Virus record (IMG/VR): IMGVR_UViG_3300042352_001346
Coordinates: 1-64,000 of that record
Direction: 5' to 3' (one strand)
Source of the DNA: a virus
Length of the DNA: 64,000 nt
Under the pieces are notes generated by a model. The model saw nothing but the letters and a program-made list of their open reading frames with translations, did not search any database and had not been told where the DNA came from. This document shows positions 47,087 to 56,094 of this stretch, piece after piece; position 1 is the stretch's first letter, and each line of letters opens with the position of its first letter. Position numbers and translations under genes: made by a program.

Positions 47087-48457
47087 ATGAATTTAAGTAA
47101 AGACTTTTTATTAGAATTATTAAAAACTTGTTTTAGAAATAAGGAAATACTAGATATTGCTTATCATCATTTAGAGTATCATTATTTACCTTCTGAACCA
47201 TATAAAGATGTTTGGAAGGAAATTAGAGATTTTTATATTTTAAATGATAATTGTCCAAGTTTTGGTTATATTTCTCAAAGATTAACTGATTTAAAAAAAG
47301 AAGAAGCATTAAATTTACTTGTAAAAGTAAAAGAAGCATCTATACCTGATTTAAAATATTTAATCAATCAATTTGAAGAGTTTTTAATAAATATTATAAC
47401 AATTGATTCTTTGCAAGAAATTGTTACATTATTTAATACAAATAAAAAAGATGAAGCAAGAACAAAACTATTAGAAAAATCAAAGAAAATTGAAAATTTC
47501 ACTTTAGCCAAAGGTTCTAATTTTTTTGAATCATTATTTGGTGGATTTGTTCAAAGACAAGAATTAAGAAAGATAGAAGCAGGAGATTTGGGATTAAGGA
47601 AAAAAACACATAGAGGTATTGACCAAATAGATGATTTAACTTTTGGTGGATTACCTGAGACTGATATGGATTTATTTATCTTTCCTTCTGGTTATGGTAA
47701 AACAACTTATTTAAGATGGCGTTCTCAATATAATGCAAGATTAGGTTTTAAAGTATTATATGTTAATCTTGAAGGTTCAAAACAAGATAATGAAGAAGGT
47801 CATGATGCTGTTTTAACAGGTAGAACTTTATTTGATGTTGAAAGAGGTAATTTAAGTGATAAATTTGTAGATGAAATAAATAATAGTTTACAATATTTAT
47901 TAAATAATATTGGAGGTGATGTTATTTATACATCTGTAGAACAATTTGGTGAGTATTATTTACATGATTTAGAAAAAGATATTCAACGTTTTATTAAAGT
48001 ACATGGTCAATCACCAGATGAAATAGATTTAGATTATTTTGAAGCTTTAGAAATTAAAGGAAAATATGATAAAAATACCATTCAAGGTGAAAAAGCTAGA
48101 AGAACAGCACTAGCTAAAGGATTGAAAAATTTATGTGTAAAATATAAAACTAGATTAGCAACTTGTACACAAGCTTCTGATGTTAGTATAGATAAATTAA
48201 ATACAGCTGATAGTGTATTAACAAGAAATGATTTATCTGCTAATAAAGCATTATTGAATGAATTTTCATTTTTATTTAGCTTTAATCAAACATCAGATGA
48301 ATATGATGAAGGTAGAGCAAGAATTTTTTGTGATAAAGCAAGAAAATCTAAAAGAGGTTGGACTGTTCAAATATATCAAGATTTAGAACATTTGAAATTT
48401 TATGATAGATTTAAAACTCTTACCACCTTATACCAAAGAGGTGATTTTATAATATAA
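47087..48457 (+). CDS. Replicative SF4 (DnaB-like) helicase
   Basis: SGYGKT, VLYVNLE, LDY, TCTQ, DKAR; adjacent to primase. Confidence 0.85.
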   Translation: MNLSKDFLLELLKTCFRNKEILDIAYHHLEYHYLPSEPYKDVWKEIRDFYILNDNCPSFGYISQRLTDLKKEEALNLLVKVKEASIPDLKYLINQFEEFLINIITIDSLQEIVTLFNTNKKDEARTKLLEKSKKIENFTLAKGSNFFESLFGGFVQRQELRKIEAGDLGLRKKTHRGIDQIDDLTFGGLPETDMDLFIFPSGYGKTTYLRWRSQYNARLGFKVLYVNLEGSKQDNEEGHDAVLTGRTLFDVERGNLSDKFVDEINNSLQYLLNNIGGDVIYTSVEQFGEYYLHDLEKDIQRFIKVHGQSPDEIDLDYFEALEIKGKYDKNTIQGEKARRTALAKGLKNLCVKYKTRLATCTQASDVSIDKLNTADSVLTRNDLSANKALLNEFSFLFSFNQTSDEYDEGRARIFCDKARKSKRGWTVQIYQDLEHLKFYDRFKTLTTLYQRGDFII

Positions 48458-48473
48458 AATTTTAAGAGTTCTA

Positions 48474-48505
48474 TTTGGACTTTTAAAAAATTTTTATTAC
48501 TTTTG
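48474..48505 (+). promoter_or_regulatory. Bacteroidota-type promoter abutting the primase ATG
   Basis: TTTG-N20-TACTTTTG. Confidence 0.55.
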
Positions 48506-48506
48506 T

Positions 48507-49520
48507 ATGAGATTCAAAGAAGATGAAATAAAGACAGAATTTAAATTAAAAAAAAGTGGTAATAAAGGATGGTTTTTATCATATAATAATTGTCCTTATT
48601 GTAATAAAACTGAACATTTATCTATTATATTTGGTGAAGTAAGTAGTTTTACTTGTAAAAGGTGTGGTGAACATGGTTCTTTGTATAAATTACTTGAAAA
48701 AGTAGATAGAAAAGATTTAATATTAGGTAATAAAGATTTTATTTCTACTAATAATAAAATTGAAGGTATAAATGAAAATATAATTTCAACAAAAGTATTT
48801 GATTTTAATCTTCCAATTAAACAAAAACCATTAGGATTTATACGAATTTTTGAAAATGATTATTTAGAATCAAGAAATTTTACTAAACAACATTTTGAAA
48901 TTTATACAATAGGAATAAGTACTTTTGACCCATTTGTAAATAAAGATTATATAATATTTGTATGTAATCAATTTAAAAATGAAGTTGGTTGGTTAGCTAG
49001 AAGTAAAAAATCAAAAGAAGAAATTGATGCAATAAATGTTATTCGTAAACAAAAAGAATTACCTAAGTATTTAAGATGGCAAAATAGTATTGATACTGAT
49101 TTTTCAAATATCTTATTTGGTTTTGATGAATTAGAAGAAAATACAAAAATTGTTATTGTAGTTGAAGGTGTTACAAGTAAAGCAAATGTTGATAAATTAT
49201 TAGGTCTTTTTAATCAAAAAACTGTTAAATGTGTAGCTTCATTTGGTAAAAAAATTACAGATTTTCAAATTGCTTTATTAAAAAGTAAAAATATTGAAAC
49301 AGTAATTTTACTTTATGACCCAGATGCAGTTAAAGAAATAAAAGAATATAGTTTTAGACTTGAAGATAATTTCGATAATGTATTAGTAGGCTTTATACCA
49401 TTTAAAAAATCAGATGGTAGTAATAAAGACCCAGGTGATTTAATTAATAGTGAATTAGATAAAGTTATGAATACATTACAAAGTCCAATAAACTTTTTTA
49501 CTGAAAAAATTAAATTTTAA
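48507..49520 (+). CDS. DNA primase (Zn finger + TOPRIM)
   Basis: CPYC...CKRCG, YLESR, VVEG, YDPDA, KDPGD. Confidence 0.88.
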   Translation: MRFKEDEIKTEFKLKKSGNKGWFLSYNNCPYCNKTEHLSIIFGEVSSFTCKRCGEHGSLYKLLEKVDRKDLILGNKDFISTNNKIEGINENIISTKVFDFNLPIKQKPLGFIRIFENDYLESRNFTKQHFEIYTIGISTFDPFVNKDYIIFVCNQFKNEVGWLARSKKSKEEIDAINVIRKQKELPKYLRWQNSIDTDFSNILFGFDELEENTKIVIVVEGVTSKANVDKLLGLFNQKTVKCVASFGKKITDFQIALLKSKNIETVILLYDPDAVKEIKEYSFRLEDNFDNVLVGFIPFKKSDGSNKDPGDLINSELDKVMNTLQSPINFFTEKIKF

Positions 49521-49527
49521 TTATTGT

Positions 49528-50001
49528 ATGGCTTATAAAGATAGAAATATTAGTCCAGTTGAATTTTTAAAAAGATTACAATTAGAGTATATTTGTGCAG
49601 AAATTAGAAAGAAAATTTATATTACTGATTCAGATGTTTCATATTGGAATAAAGTAATGGAAGGTAAAAAAATTAAAATAATTGATTTATCTACTAAAAA
49701 TTTTTTACCAACTATTTTCAATAATGATGAAGAAAAAATAGCCTTATATAAAGAAGTTTATAATCAACAAGGATTGCCTAATTTTATTTATAAAAATCAA
49801 TCTACTGAATTAACTTTAAAACCAAATGATATTAAATTTTATTATTATCCAAATACATCAGTTAGAGTTTATCCAAAAAATGAACCTATGTTTTTAGGTA
49901 CTATAAAATTTACTAATTATGAAGCTGAATTATTAGAAATTCATAGTAATAGTGGTGAAGTTGGTGTATATCCAATGTCGCAAGTATCAAGAATATTGTA
50001 A
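49528..50001 (+). CDS. Hypothetical protein with SH3-like C-terminus
   Basis: 157-aa ORF in the operon. Confidence 0.55.
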   Translation: MAYKDRNISPVEFLKRLQLEYICAEIRKKIYITDSDVSYWNKVMEGKKIKIIDLSTKNFLPTIFNNDEEKIALYKEVYNQQGLPNFIYKNQSTELTLKPNDIKFYYYPNTSVRVYPKNEPMFLGTIKFTNYEAELLEIHSNSGEVGVYPMSQVSRIL

Positions 50002-50021
50002 ATGTTATAAATTGTAATATA

Positions 50022-51098
50022 ATGAATAATAAATTATTTTTAACTGATTTTTCTTTTGAAGAAAGTGAAATTGTTGTAACTCCTGTTAATTTTGATTTAA
50101 CATGTTCTTATGGTTTAGGAACGGCTAAAGGTCCAAATTCTTTAATAAAAGAATCAGTTCAAATTGATAATCACTTCCTTAATAGGAAACATAATTCAGT
50201 TGAAGAACCTGCTAAATTCTTTTTAAATAAAGGAGAAATTATTAATGAAATTGCTAAAGCTAATTCATCTTTACGCAAAAGTGTTAATTTATATTGGGAT
50301 ATGGTAGATGAAACTTCTAAAGGAGTTGAAGAAACTGACCAAATAAAAGAACGTAAAAAATTTATTATTAATAGTGTAAATCAATTGCAATCAAATATAT
50401 TTACTATTACAAATTTAATTACAGAAAATGTATTAGAAAATAATAAAATACCTTGTATAATTGGAGGAGACCATTCAATAATTGAAGGTGCTTTATTTGC
50501 TATTGATGAACAATATAAAGATAATTATAATATTTTACAAATTGATGCTCATTGTGATTTAAGAATAGGAGGATATGAAGGATTTGAAAAAAGTCATGCT
50601 TCAATTATGGCAAATATTCTTAGTAATAATATTAATGTAAAATCTTTGGTACAAGTTGGTATTAGAGATTTTTCTAAAAATGAATATAATTTAACTTCAA
50701 TAACTCCTAGACAAGAATTTACAAATAAATATTCACCTACACCTATTTATAAATTTTTAGATGAATATATAGCAGAAGCTGATTATTCATTTAATGGTGG
50801 TGGGTATTTACATAATATTGTTGAAAAAATAGCTTCTGTATTTAATGTAAATAAATGTAAGAATATTTATTTAACATTAGATGTTGATGGTTTAATTCCT
50901 TCTCTTTGTTCCAATACAGGTACACCTGTACCAGGTGGTTTAGATTTTAATAAAGTATTGTTTTTAATTAAAAAATTAAAAGAATGGGGTTTTAACTTTA
51001 TTGGTTTTGATATAGTTGAAATTGGAAATGATAAATTTGATGGTAATGTAGCAAGTCGTTTATTGCATCAAATTGGTAATATAATTACAAAATATTAA
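50022..51098 (+). CDS. speB: Agmatinase-like ureohydrolase
   Basis: GGDHS, DAHCD, SHAS, DVDG...TGTPVPGG, DIVE metal ligands. Confidence 0.88.
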   Translation: MNNKLFLTDFSFEESEIVVTPVNFDLTCSYGLGTAKGPNSLIKESVQIDNHFLNRKHNSVEEPAKFFLNKGEIINEIAKANSSLRKSVNLYWDMVDETSKGVEETDQIKERKKFIINSVNQLQSNIFTITNLITENVLENNKIPCIIGGDHSIIEGALFAIDEQYKDNYNILQIDAHCDLRIGGYEGFEKSHASIMANILSNNINVKSLVQVGIRDFSKNEYNLTSITPRQEFTNKYSPTPIYKFLDEYIAEADYSFNGGGYLHNIVEKIASVFNVNKCKNIYLTLDVDGLIPSLCSNTGTPVPGGLDFNKVLFLIKKLKEWGFNFIGFDIVEIGNDKFDGNVASRLLHQIGNIITKY

Positions 51099-51109
51099 AA
51101 ATAAATTTT

Positions 51110-52132
51110 ATGATTATAATTAATGAAAAAAATGGTTTAGCTAAAATACAAAGTATATCAAATTTTATAGAAAAATATATGTTGCATTTTAATGGTGCAA
51201 ATATGGTTGCTTCTGCAAAATCATTGAAAAAACATTTAGATGGTGGTGGTAAATTAATTATTACATTAGCAGGTGCATTTTCTACAGGTGAATGTGGTAA
51301 ATTATTAGCCCAATTAATTAAAGAAGATAAAGTACATGCAATTTCATGTACAGGTGCTAATATTGAAGAAGATGTTTTTCGTTTATTAGGACAAAGTCAT
51401 TATGGATTTAATTTAAAATATAATGATTTAACACCTCAACAAGAACAAGAGATACTTGATAATGATGTTAATCGTGTTACAGATACAATTATACCTGAAA
51501 AACATGTAATTGATATTCTTTATAAAGGTCTTGATGAAGTTTGGTTTGGAGAGTATGAGCGTAGAAAAGCTAAAGGTAAAATGTGGCATGAATATTTTTA
51601 TGAATTATTTAGTAATAATTATATTCAAGAAAATTTAGATAAAGATGCAGTATTAGAAGATAGTTGGTTATATCAAGCTGCACTTAAAAATTTACCTTTA
51701 TGTGTACCTGGAAATTGTGATAGTACAATGGGTAATGTATTTGCTCAACTTGTAATGGAAGAAGATATTGAAAGTTGGATAATTAAACATGATAGTGAAT
51801 ATATGGTTAGAATGGCTAATTGGTATATTGAATGTTGTAATAATGGTCAAAAATTAGCTATGTTAACTTTAGGTGGTGGTATATCAGCTGATTTTCCACA
51901 AACTATTAGTCCTTTTGTTGTAAAAGATTTAAATCATCCAAATGGTGCTGTTTGGTCACATATGACAGTAGTAACAATGGATATGTCTGTAACTGCAGGA
52001 GGTTTTAGTGGTTGTGCATTAAATGAAAAAATAACATGGGCTAAATTAGGTGTTGATTCAGATAAATTTTTAATCAATAGTGATTTTAGTATTGTATTTC
52101 CTTTAATTGCAGCATATTTATTGGAATTATAA
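51110..52132 (+). CDS. Deoxyhypusine synthase-like protein (SpeY / aminobutyltransferase type)
   Basis: TGANIEED, NRVTD, DSTMGN, GGGISADF, GGFSG...EKITWAKL (catalytic Lys). Confidence 0.9.
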   Translation: MIIINEKNGLAKIQSISNFIEKYMLHFNGANMVASAKSLKKHLDGGGKLIITLAGAFSTGECGKLLAQLIKEDKVHAISCTGANIEEDVFRLLGQSHYGFNLKYNDLTPQQEQEILDNDVNRVTDTIIPEKHVIDILYKGLDEVWFGEYERRKAKGKMWHEYFYELFSNNYIQENLDKDAVLEDSWLYQAALKNLPLCVPGNCDSTMGNVFAQLVMEEDIESWIIKHDSEYMVRMANWYIECCNNGQKLAMLTLGGGISADFPQTISPFVVKDLNHPNGAVWSHMTVVTMDMSVTAGGFSGCALNEKITWAKLGVDSDKFLINSDFSIVFPLIAAYLLEL

Positions 52133-52147
52133 ATAATTTAAAAGAGA

Positions 52148-52179
52148 TTTGGAAGTTTTAAAAAAGGTTTTTATTTTTG
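52148..52179 (+). promoter_or_regulatory. Bacteroidota-type promoter
   Basis: TTTG-N20-TATTTTTG. Confidence 0.7.
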
Positions 52180-52204
52180 TATAAGAAAATTAAATATTAA
52201 TAAA

Positions 52205-53176
52205 ATGCAAAGAAAAGTAAAGTCAATATTAACGACAGCTATTTTTGACGACCCTATAGTTAGTTTAGGCAAATTAGATATGCCAGTATATGCAATGGTT
52301 CCTCCTCTTGGATTTCATGCTAATAATGTAGAAAATAATTATATGAGGTCACTATCTGATGAAGATAGAAAAGTTGATAAAAGACTTTATTTGCAACAAT
52401 GGGGAGATATTTATAGTTATTTAGCTGCTAACTCTTTAGTTTATTTAATTCCAAATCCAAATGAAGATTTACCTGATTTAACTTATTGTTCAAATATTGG
52501 TGTTTGTCTTGATGATGTTGAAGATGGTAAAGTATTTATAGCAAGTAATTTTTCTGCTAAATCAAGAACAGGAGAAACTGCAGTTGGTTATAATTTCTTT
52601 AAATCTATGGGGTATGAAGTTCATGAATGCCCTTATAAATTTGAAGGTTCTGCTGATATGAAACAAATTAAACCTGGTGTTTGGGTTGGTGGATATGGAG
52701 TAAGAACTGAAAAAGAAGCTTATGATTGGATGGAAGAAAAATTTGGCATTAAAATTATAAAAGTAAAAATGCTTAATGATGATTTATATCATCTTGATTG
52801 CTGCTTTATGCCAATTACTAAATTATCTGCTTTATGTTGTAAAGAATGTTTTAGTAAAAAAGATATTGAAACAATTGAAGAAGAAACCGGTATTTATTTA
52901 TATAATATACCATTACAATATGCTGAATATGGTGGTACTAGTTGTATAAGAATGTATAATTCATTATTATTTGCATCTTCACTTGATTATGAAATACCAG
53001 GTACCGAAGAATATGAAATTGAAAAAGGTAAATGTGATTTAATTGAAGAAATTGCATCAGAAGAAGGTCTTGAAATTGTTTACTTTGATATGTCAGAAGG
53101 TTGGAAAGCGGGAGCGGACATGTCGTGCTCATTTTTGGAAATAAACCGTAATTCTTTTAAAATAGATTTACAATAG
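52205..53176 (+). CDS. Pentein (amidinotransferase / arginine dihydrolase-like)
   Basis: PDLTYCSN, R.GE, FEGSAD, YHLDCCF, GADMSC; Asp-His-Cys triad. Confidence 0.85.
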   Translation: MQRKVKSILTTAIFDDPIVSLGKLDMPVYAMVPPLGFHANNVENNYMRSLSDEDRKVDKRLYLQQWGDIYSYLAANSLVYLIPNPNEDLPDLTYCSNIGVCLDDVEDGKVFIASNFSAKSRTGETAVGYNFFKSMGYEVHECPYKFEGSADMKQIKPGVWVGGYGVRTEKEAYDWMEEKFGIKIIKVKMLNDDLYHLDCCFMPITKLSALCCKECFSKKDIETIEEETGIYLYNIPLQYAEYGGTSCIRMYNSLLFASSLDYEIPGTEEYEIEKGKCDLIEEIASEEGLEIVYFDMSEGWKAGADMSCSFLEINRNSFKIDLQ

Positions 53177-53278
53177 CAGAGAAGAAACTGCCATGATTAG
53201 TGTTTTTTTAACCTACTTGGCACTTAAGAAAAACTTACAACCAGTTTTATAGCTAGTTGTTTAAAATTTAAATTTATT

Positions 53279-54031
53279 ATGTCTTATTCAATAGAACATT
53301 TCGTAAGAACAATAGTTGAACCTGCAAAACGTAAAGGTAAAAAATATCTATCAGAAGAATTTTTTTACCGCAATCCCAATAGACCGCAAAAAATAAATTC
53401 CAATTATTTTTATGCACCATCAGATGGTATTATAATTGGAATGAAAGAAGTAATGCTTAAAGATAGTATTTGTGAAATAAAGGGAGAAGCATATACTTTA
53501 GATGATGCAATGGGTGGAAGATTATCTGATGAAGATTATGGTTTTCGTTCTAAAGATAAATTTTTAGTTGTTGAAGTATTTTTAACGATGTATCATGTGC
53601 ATTATACTCGTGTACCTTATGGTGGTATTATTAATACAGAATATTTACCTCCTATTTTAACTCAAAATCTTCCTATGTTAAGTATGGAAAATGACTTATT
53701 AAAAGGAATTGTAAATATGAATAATGCTGATTATTTATTTAATAATTATAGAGCATTTCAATCAATTTATAATCCAAAATTTCAAATTAATTATTTTGTA
53801 TTAAATATAGCTGATTATGATGTTAATGCTATAATTTCTCATCATCAAGACGGGGATTTAATTGGACAAAATGATATACTTGGTGCTATGCAATATGGTT
53901 CGCAAGTAACTTTAATAGTTCCAAAACCTAAAAAATATGATGATTATGATTTAATATTTAATTCTAATCTTAAAGTTGGTGATTGTATTGAAGGTGGATT
54001 AGATTATTTAATTGAATTTATAGATAAATAA
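53279..54031 (+). CDS. Phosphatidylserine-decarboxylase-fold pyruvoyl decarboxylase, no TM anchor
   Basis: FFYRNPNR, APSDG, IKG..Y, FL..YHVH..RVP, YGSQV self-cleavage site. Confidence 0.8.
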   Translation: MSYSIEHFVRTIVEPAKRKGKKYLSEEFFYRNPNRPQKINSNYFYAPSDGIIIGMKEVMLKDSICEIKGEAYTLDDAMGGRLSDEDYGFRSKDKFLVVEVFLTMYHVHYTRVPYGGIINTEYLPPILTQNLPMLSMENDLLKGIVNMNNADYLFNNYRAFQSIYNPKFQINYFVLNIADYDVNAIISHHQDGDLIGQNDILGAMQYGSQVTLIVPKPKKYDDYDLIFNSNLKVGDCIEGGLDYLIEFIDK

Positions 54032-54080
54032 AAAATTTTTTGGTATTATAATTTTTTTTAACTTAACAAAAACATGTATT

Positions 54081-54476
54081 ATGTTACTAGTAGCAACACG
54101 TTTGGACGTATCTCCACTTATTCCAGCAGACCATAAGAAAAAAATTGGTTTGTTTGCAGATGAATTAATTCCTGCAGGTACTAAAATTTGGGAATTTACA
54201 AAAGGTATTGATAAAGAAGTATCAGAAACCAATGTAAATAAATTGCCTAAATTGCAAAAAGATTTTGCAAATAGTCAATATCCATGGACAGAAAAGTATT
54301 ATCTTATTTATGGAGATAATACAAGATTTATTAACCATTCAGAAGAACCAAATGTTGGTGAAGAAGGTGATTACCTTGTAGCCTTAAAAGATATTCAAGT
54401 TGGAGAAGAACTTGTATCTGATTATAGAACATTTGAAGAAAATTTTGAAGAATTTAAAGCAGAATATTTTAATTAA
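54081..54476 (+). CDS. SET-domain methyltransferase
   Basis: GLFA...I.AG, RFINHSEEPN, GEELVSDY. Confidence 0.9.
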   Translation: MLLVATRLDVSPLIPADHKKKIGLFADELIPAGTKIWEFTKGIDKEVSETNVNKLPKLQKDFANSQYPWTEKYYLIYGDNTRFINHSEEPNVGEEGDYLVALKDIQVGEELVSDYRTFEENFEEFKAEYFN

Positions 54477-54494
54477 TATTTATTGTTGTATTTT

Positions 54495-54536
54495 AAGCAA
54501 CAAGAATGTATTTATTGCATTCTTGTTGCTTTTTTA
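54495..54536 (+). terminator. Rho-independent terminator
   Basis: AAGCAACAAGAATG...CATTCTTGTTGCTT plus T-run. Confidence 0.85.
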
Positions 54537-54554
54537 ATTAAAAAATTAACTATA

Positions 54555-55061
54555 ATGATATTATCATCAGAAAAAATATTAGAAAGAGACCTTTTACAAA
54601 CTAATGGTAAAGGTGAAGCACAACAATGTGGTTATGATTTAACCCTTTGTAGAGTAACTCAAATACAAGGAAATAGTTTTATTGGAAAAGATAAATCTTT
54701 TATTCCTGAATATATTGAGATTGAAACTGATATATATGTATTTCCTGATGGTAGTAAAAGAGAAGGATGGCATTTATTACCTGGTATTTATAGTTTAACT
54801 TATGAACAAGGTTGTAAATTAGATGCTAGTCATAATGCAACAGTAAAAAATCGTAGTTCTATGCAAAGAAGTGGTACTTTGATAGAGTCTGGTAAGTTTG
54901 ACCCTGGTTTTTCATGTGATAAAACAGGTTCTACAATGTTTGTTTTTTTACCAATTACAATTGAATTTGGTGCTCGTATATCACAATTTGTAGTATCTGA
55001 AAATTATCCTACAGAAAATTTATATAATGGTCAGTATCAAGGTGAAAAAGATAGAAAATAA
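54555..55061 (+). CDS. dCTP deaminase / trimeric dUTPase family
   Basis: GYDLTL, RSSMQRSG, FDPGF, ARISQ, YNGQYQ; ATG 54555 lies downstream of the terminator. Confidence 0.82.
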   Translation: MILSSEKILERDLLQTNGKGEAQQCGYDLTLCRVTQIQGNSFIGKDKSFIPEYIEIETDIYVFPDGSKREGWHLLPGIYSLTYEQGCKLDASHNATVKNRSSMQRSGTLIESGKFDPGFSCDKTGSTMFVFLPITIEFGARISQFVVSENYPTENLYNGQYQGEKDRK

Positions 55062-55074
55062 ATAAATTTATTAT

Positions 55075-56025
55075 ATGGCAGTATTACTTAAAACATCATC
55101 ATTAAGTTATGATGATGTTACTTTATTAGCACAATTAGGAGTTGTAGATAGTAGAAAAGAAGTACCTATTGAAGGTAATCGTATAGTTGTTTCAGCTATG
55201 ACTAGTATAATTGGACCTGCTTTTATTAAAGCAGTTGCAAGTATTTCTCATAATTGGCAACCTACTCTTCATATTCCAAGGGATGAATATAAATTTGAAA
55301 ATGTAAATTTATGTAAAAAATATAATTTAAAAAATATATTTATAGGTGTTGGTTTGAAAGAAGATATTGGATTTGAAAATCATGTATTGTTTCTAACAAA
55401 TTACAGAGTAGCTTTTATAGATATTGCAAATGGTTATTTACCTCAAATAAAAGAACGTGTTAATCAGTTAAAAGCTAAAGGATTTGAAAAAGTAATTTGT
55501 GGTTCTGTACATACTAAAGAAGGTGTAGAATATTTATCTAATTGCGATGTTGATATAATTCGTACAGGTATAGGTACATCTTCATCTATATGTTCTACAC
55601 GTTATACAACAGGATTTTATAGAGCAACAATTTCTGAATTATTAGAATGTTGCCCTTATGCTTATAATGAAAGAAAGTTAATACTTGCAGATGGTGGTTT
55701 TAAATATGTAGGTGATTATGCAAAAGCATTCTTAGCTGGAGCATCTTATTGTATGGGTGGAAAATTATTTACTAATTGTAGAGAAGCAAGAATGCATGTT
55801 GATGGTACAGGTGAATATGTAGGTATGTCAAATCCAGTTAAAGGTGTATCAAATAGTGGTTTTGATGAAAGTTTTTCTGTTAAAATACCACCTCCTACTA
55901 AAGATTTACATGATGTGATAAGAGAAATATGGGATGGTTTACGTTCTGCAGTTTCTTATTCAGGATATAATACCTTAGAAAATGCTATTGGTAATGGTGT
56001 TTTTGAACAAAAAATAAAATTGTAA
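55075..56025 (+). CDS. guaC: GMP reductase / IMPDH family
   Basis: SYDDV.L, IDIANG, GIG...ICSTR, ADGG, GLRSAVSY; no CBS domains. Confidence 0.8.
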   Translation: MAVLLKTSSLSYDDVTLLAQLGVVDSRKEVPIEGNRIVVSAMTSIIGPAFIKAVASISHNWQPTLHIPRDEYKFENVNLCKKYNLKNIFIGVGLKEDIGFENHVLFLTNYRVAFIDIANGYLPQIKERVNQLKAKGFEKVICGSVHTKEGVEYLSNCDVDIIRTGIGTSSSICSTRYTTGFYRATISELLECCPYAYNERKLILADGGFKYVGDYAKAFLAGASYCMGGKLFTNCREARMHVDGTGEYVGMSNPVKGVSNSGFDESFSVKIPPPTKDLHDVIREIWDGLRSAVSYSGYNTLENAIGNGVFEQKIKL

Positions 56026-56030
56026 AGAAA

Positions 56031-56062
56031 TTTGGAAAGTTTAAAAATTTTTCGTACCTTTG
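56031..56062 (+). promoter_or_regulatory. Bacteroidota-type promoter, extended class
   Basis: TTTG-N20-TACCTTTGC. Confidence 0.8.
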
Positions 56063-56094
56063 CAGTATTAATTGTAAAATTAAATATTGTAAAA

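Noticed and set aside
50022-55061. Putrescinyl-thymine (phiW-14-type) DNA hypermodification as the cluster's definite role
   Set aside because: No dUMP hydroxymethylase, 5-hmdU kinase or aGPT-Pplase recognised in this window; kept only as an alternative hypothesis.
54483-56094. ORF-track starts at 54483 and 56032 (also 604, 5234, 31981)
   Set aside because: They lie in a terminator, a promoter, an upstream gene or an already open frame; the alternative starts listed in features fit better.
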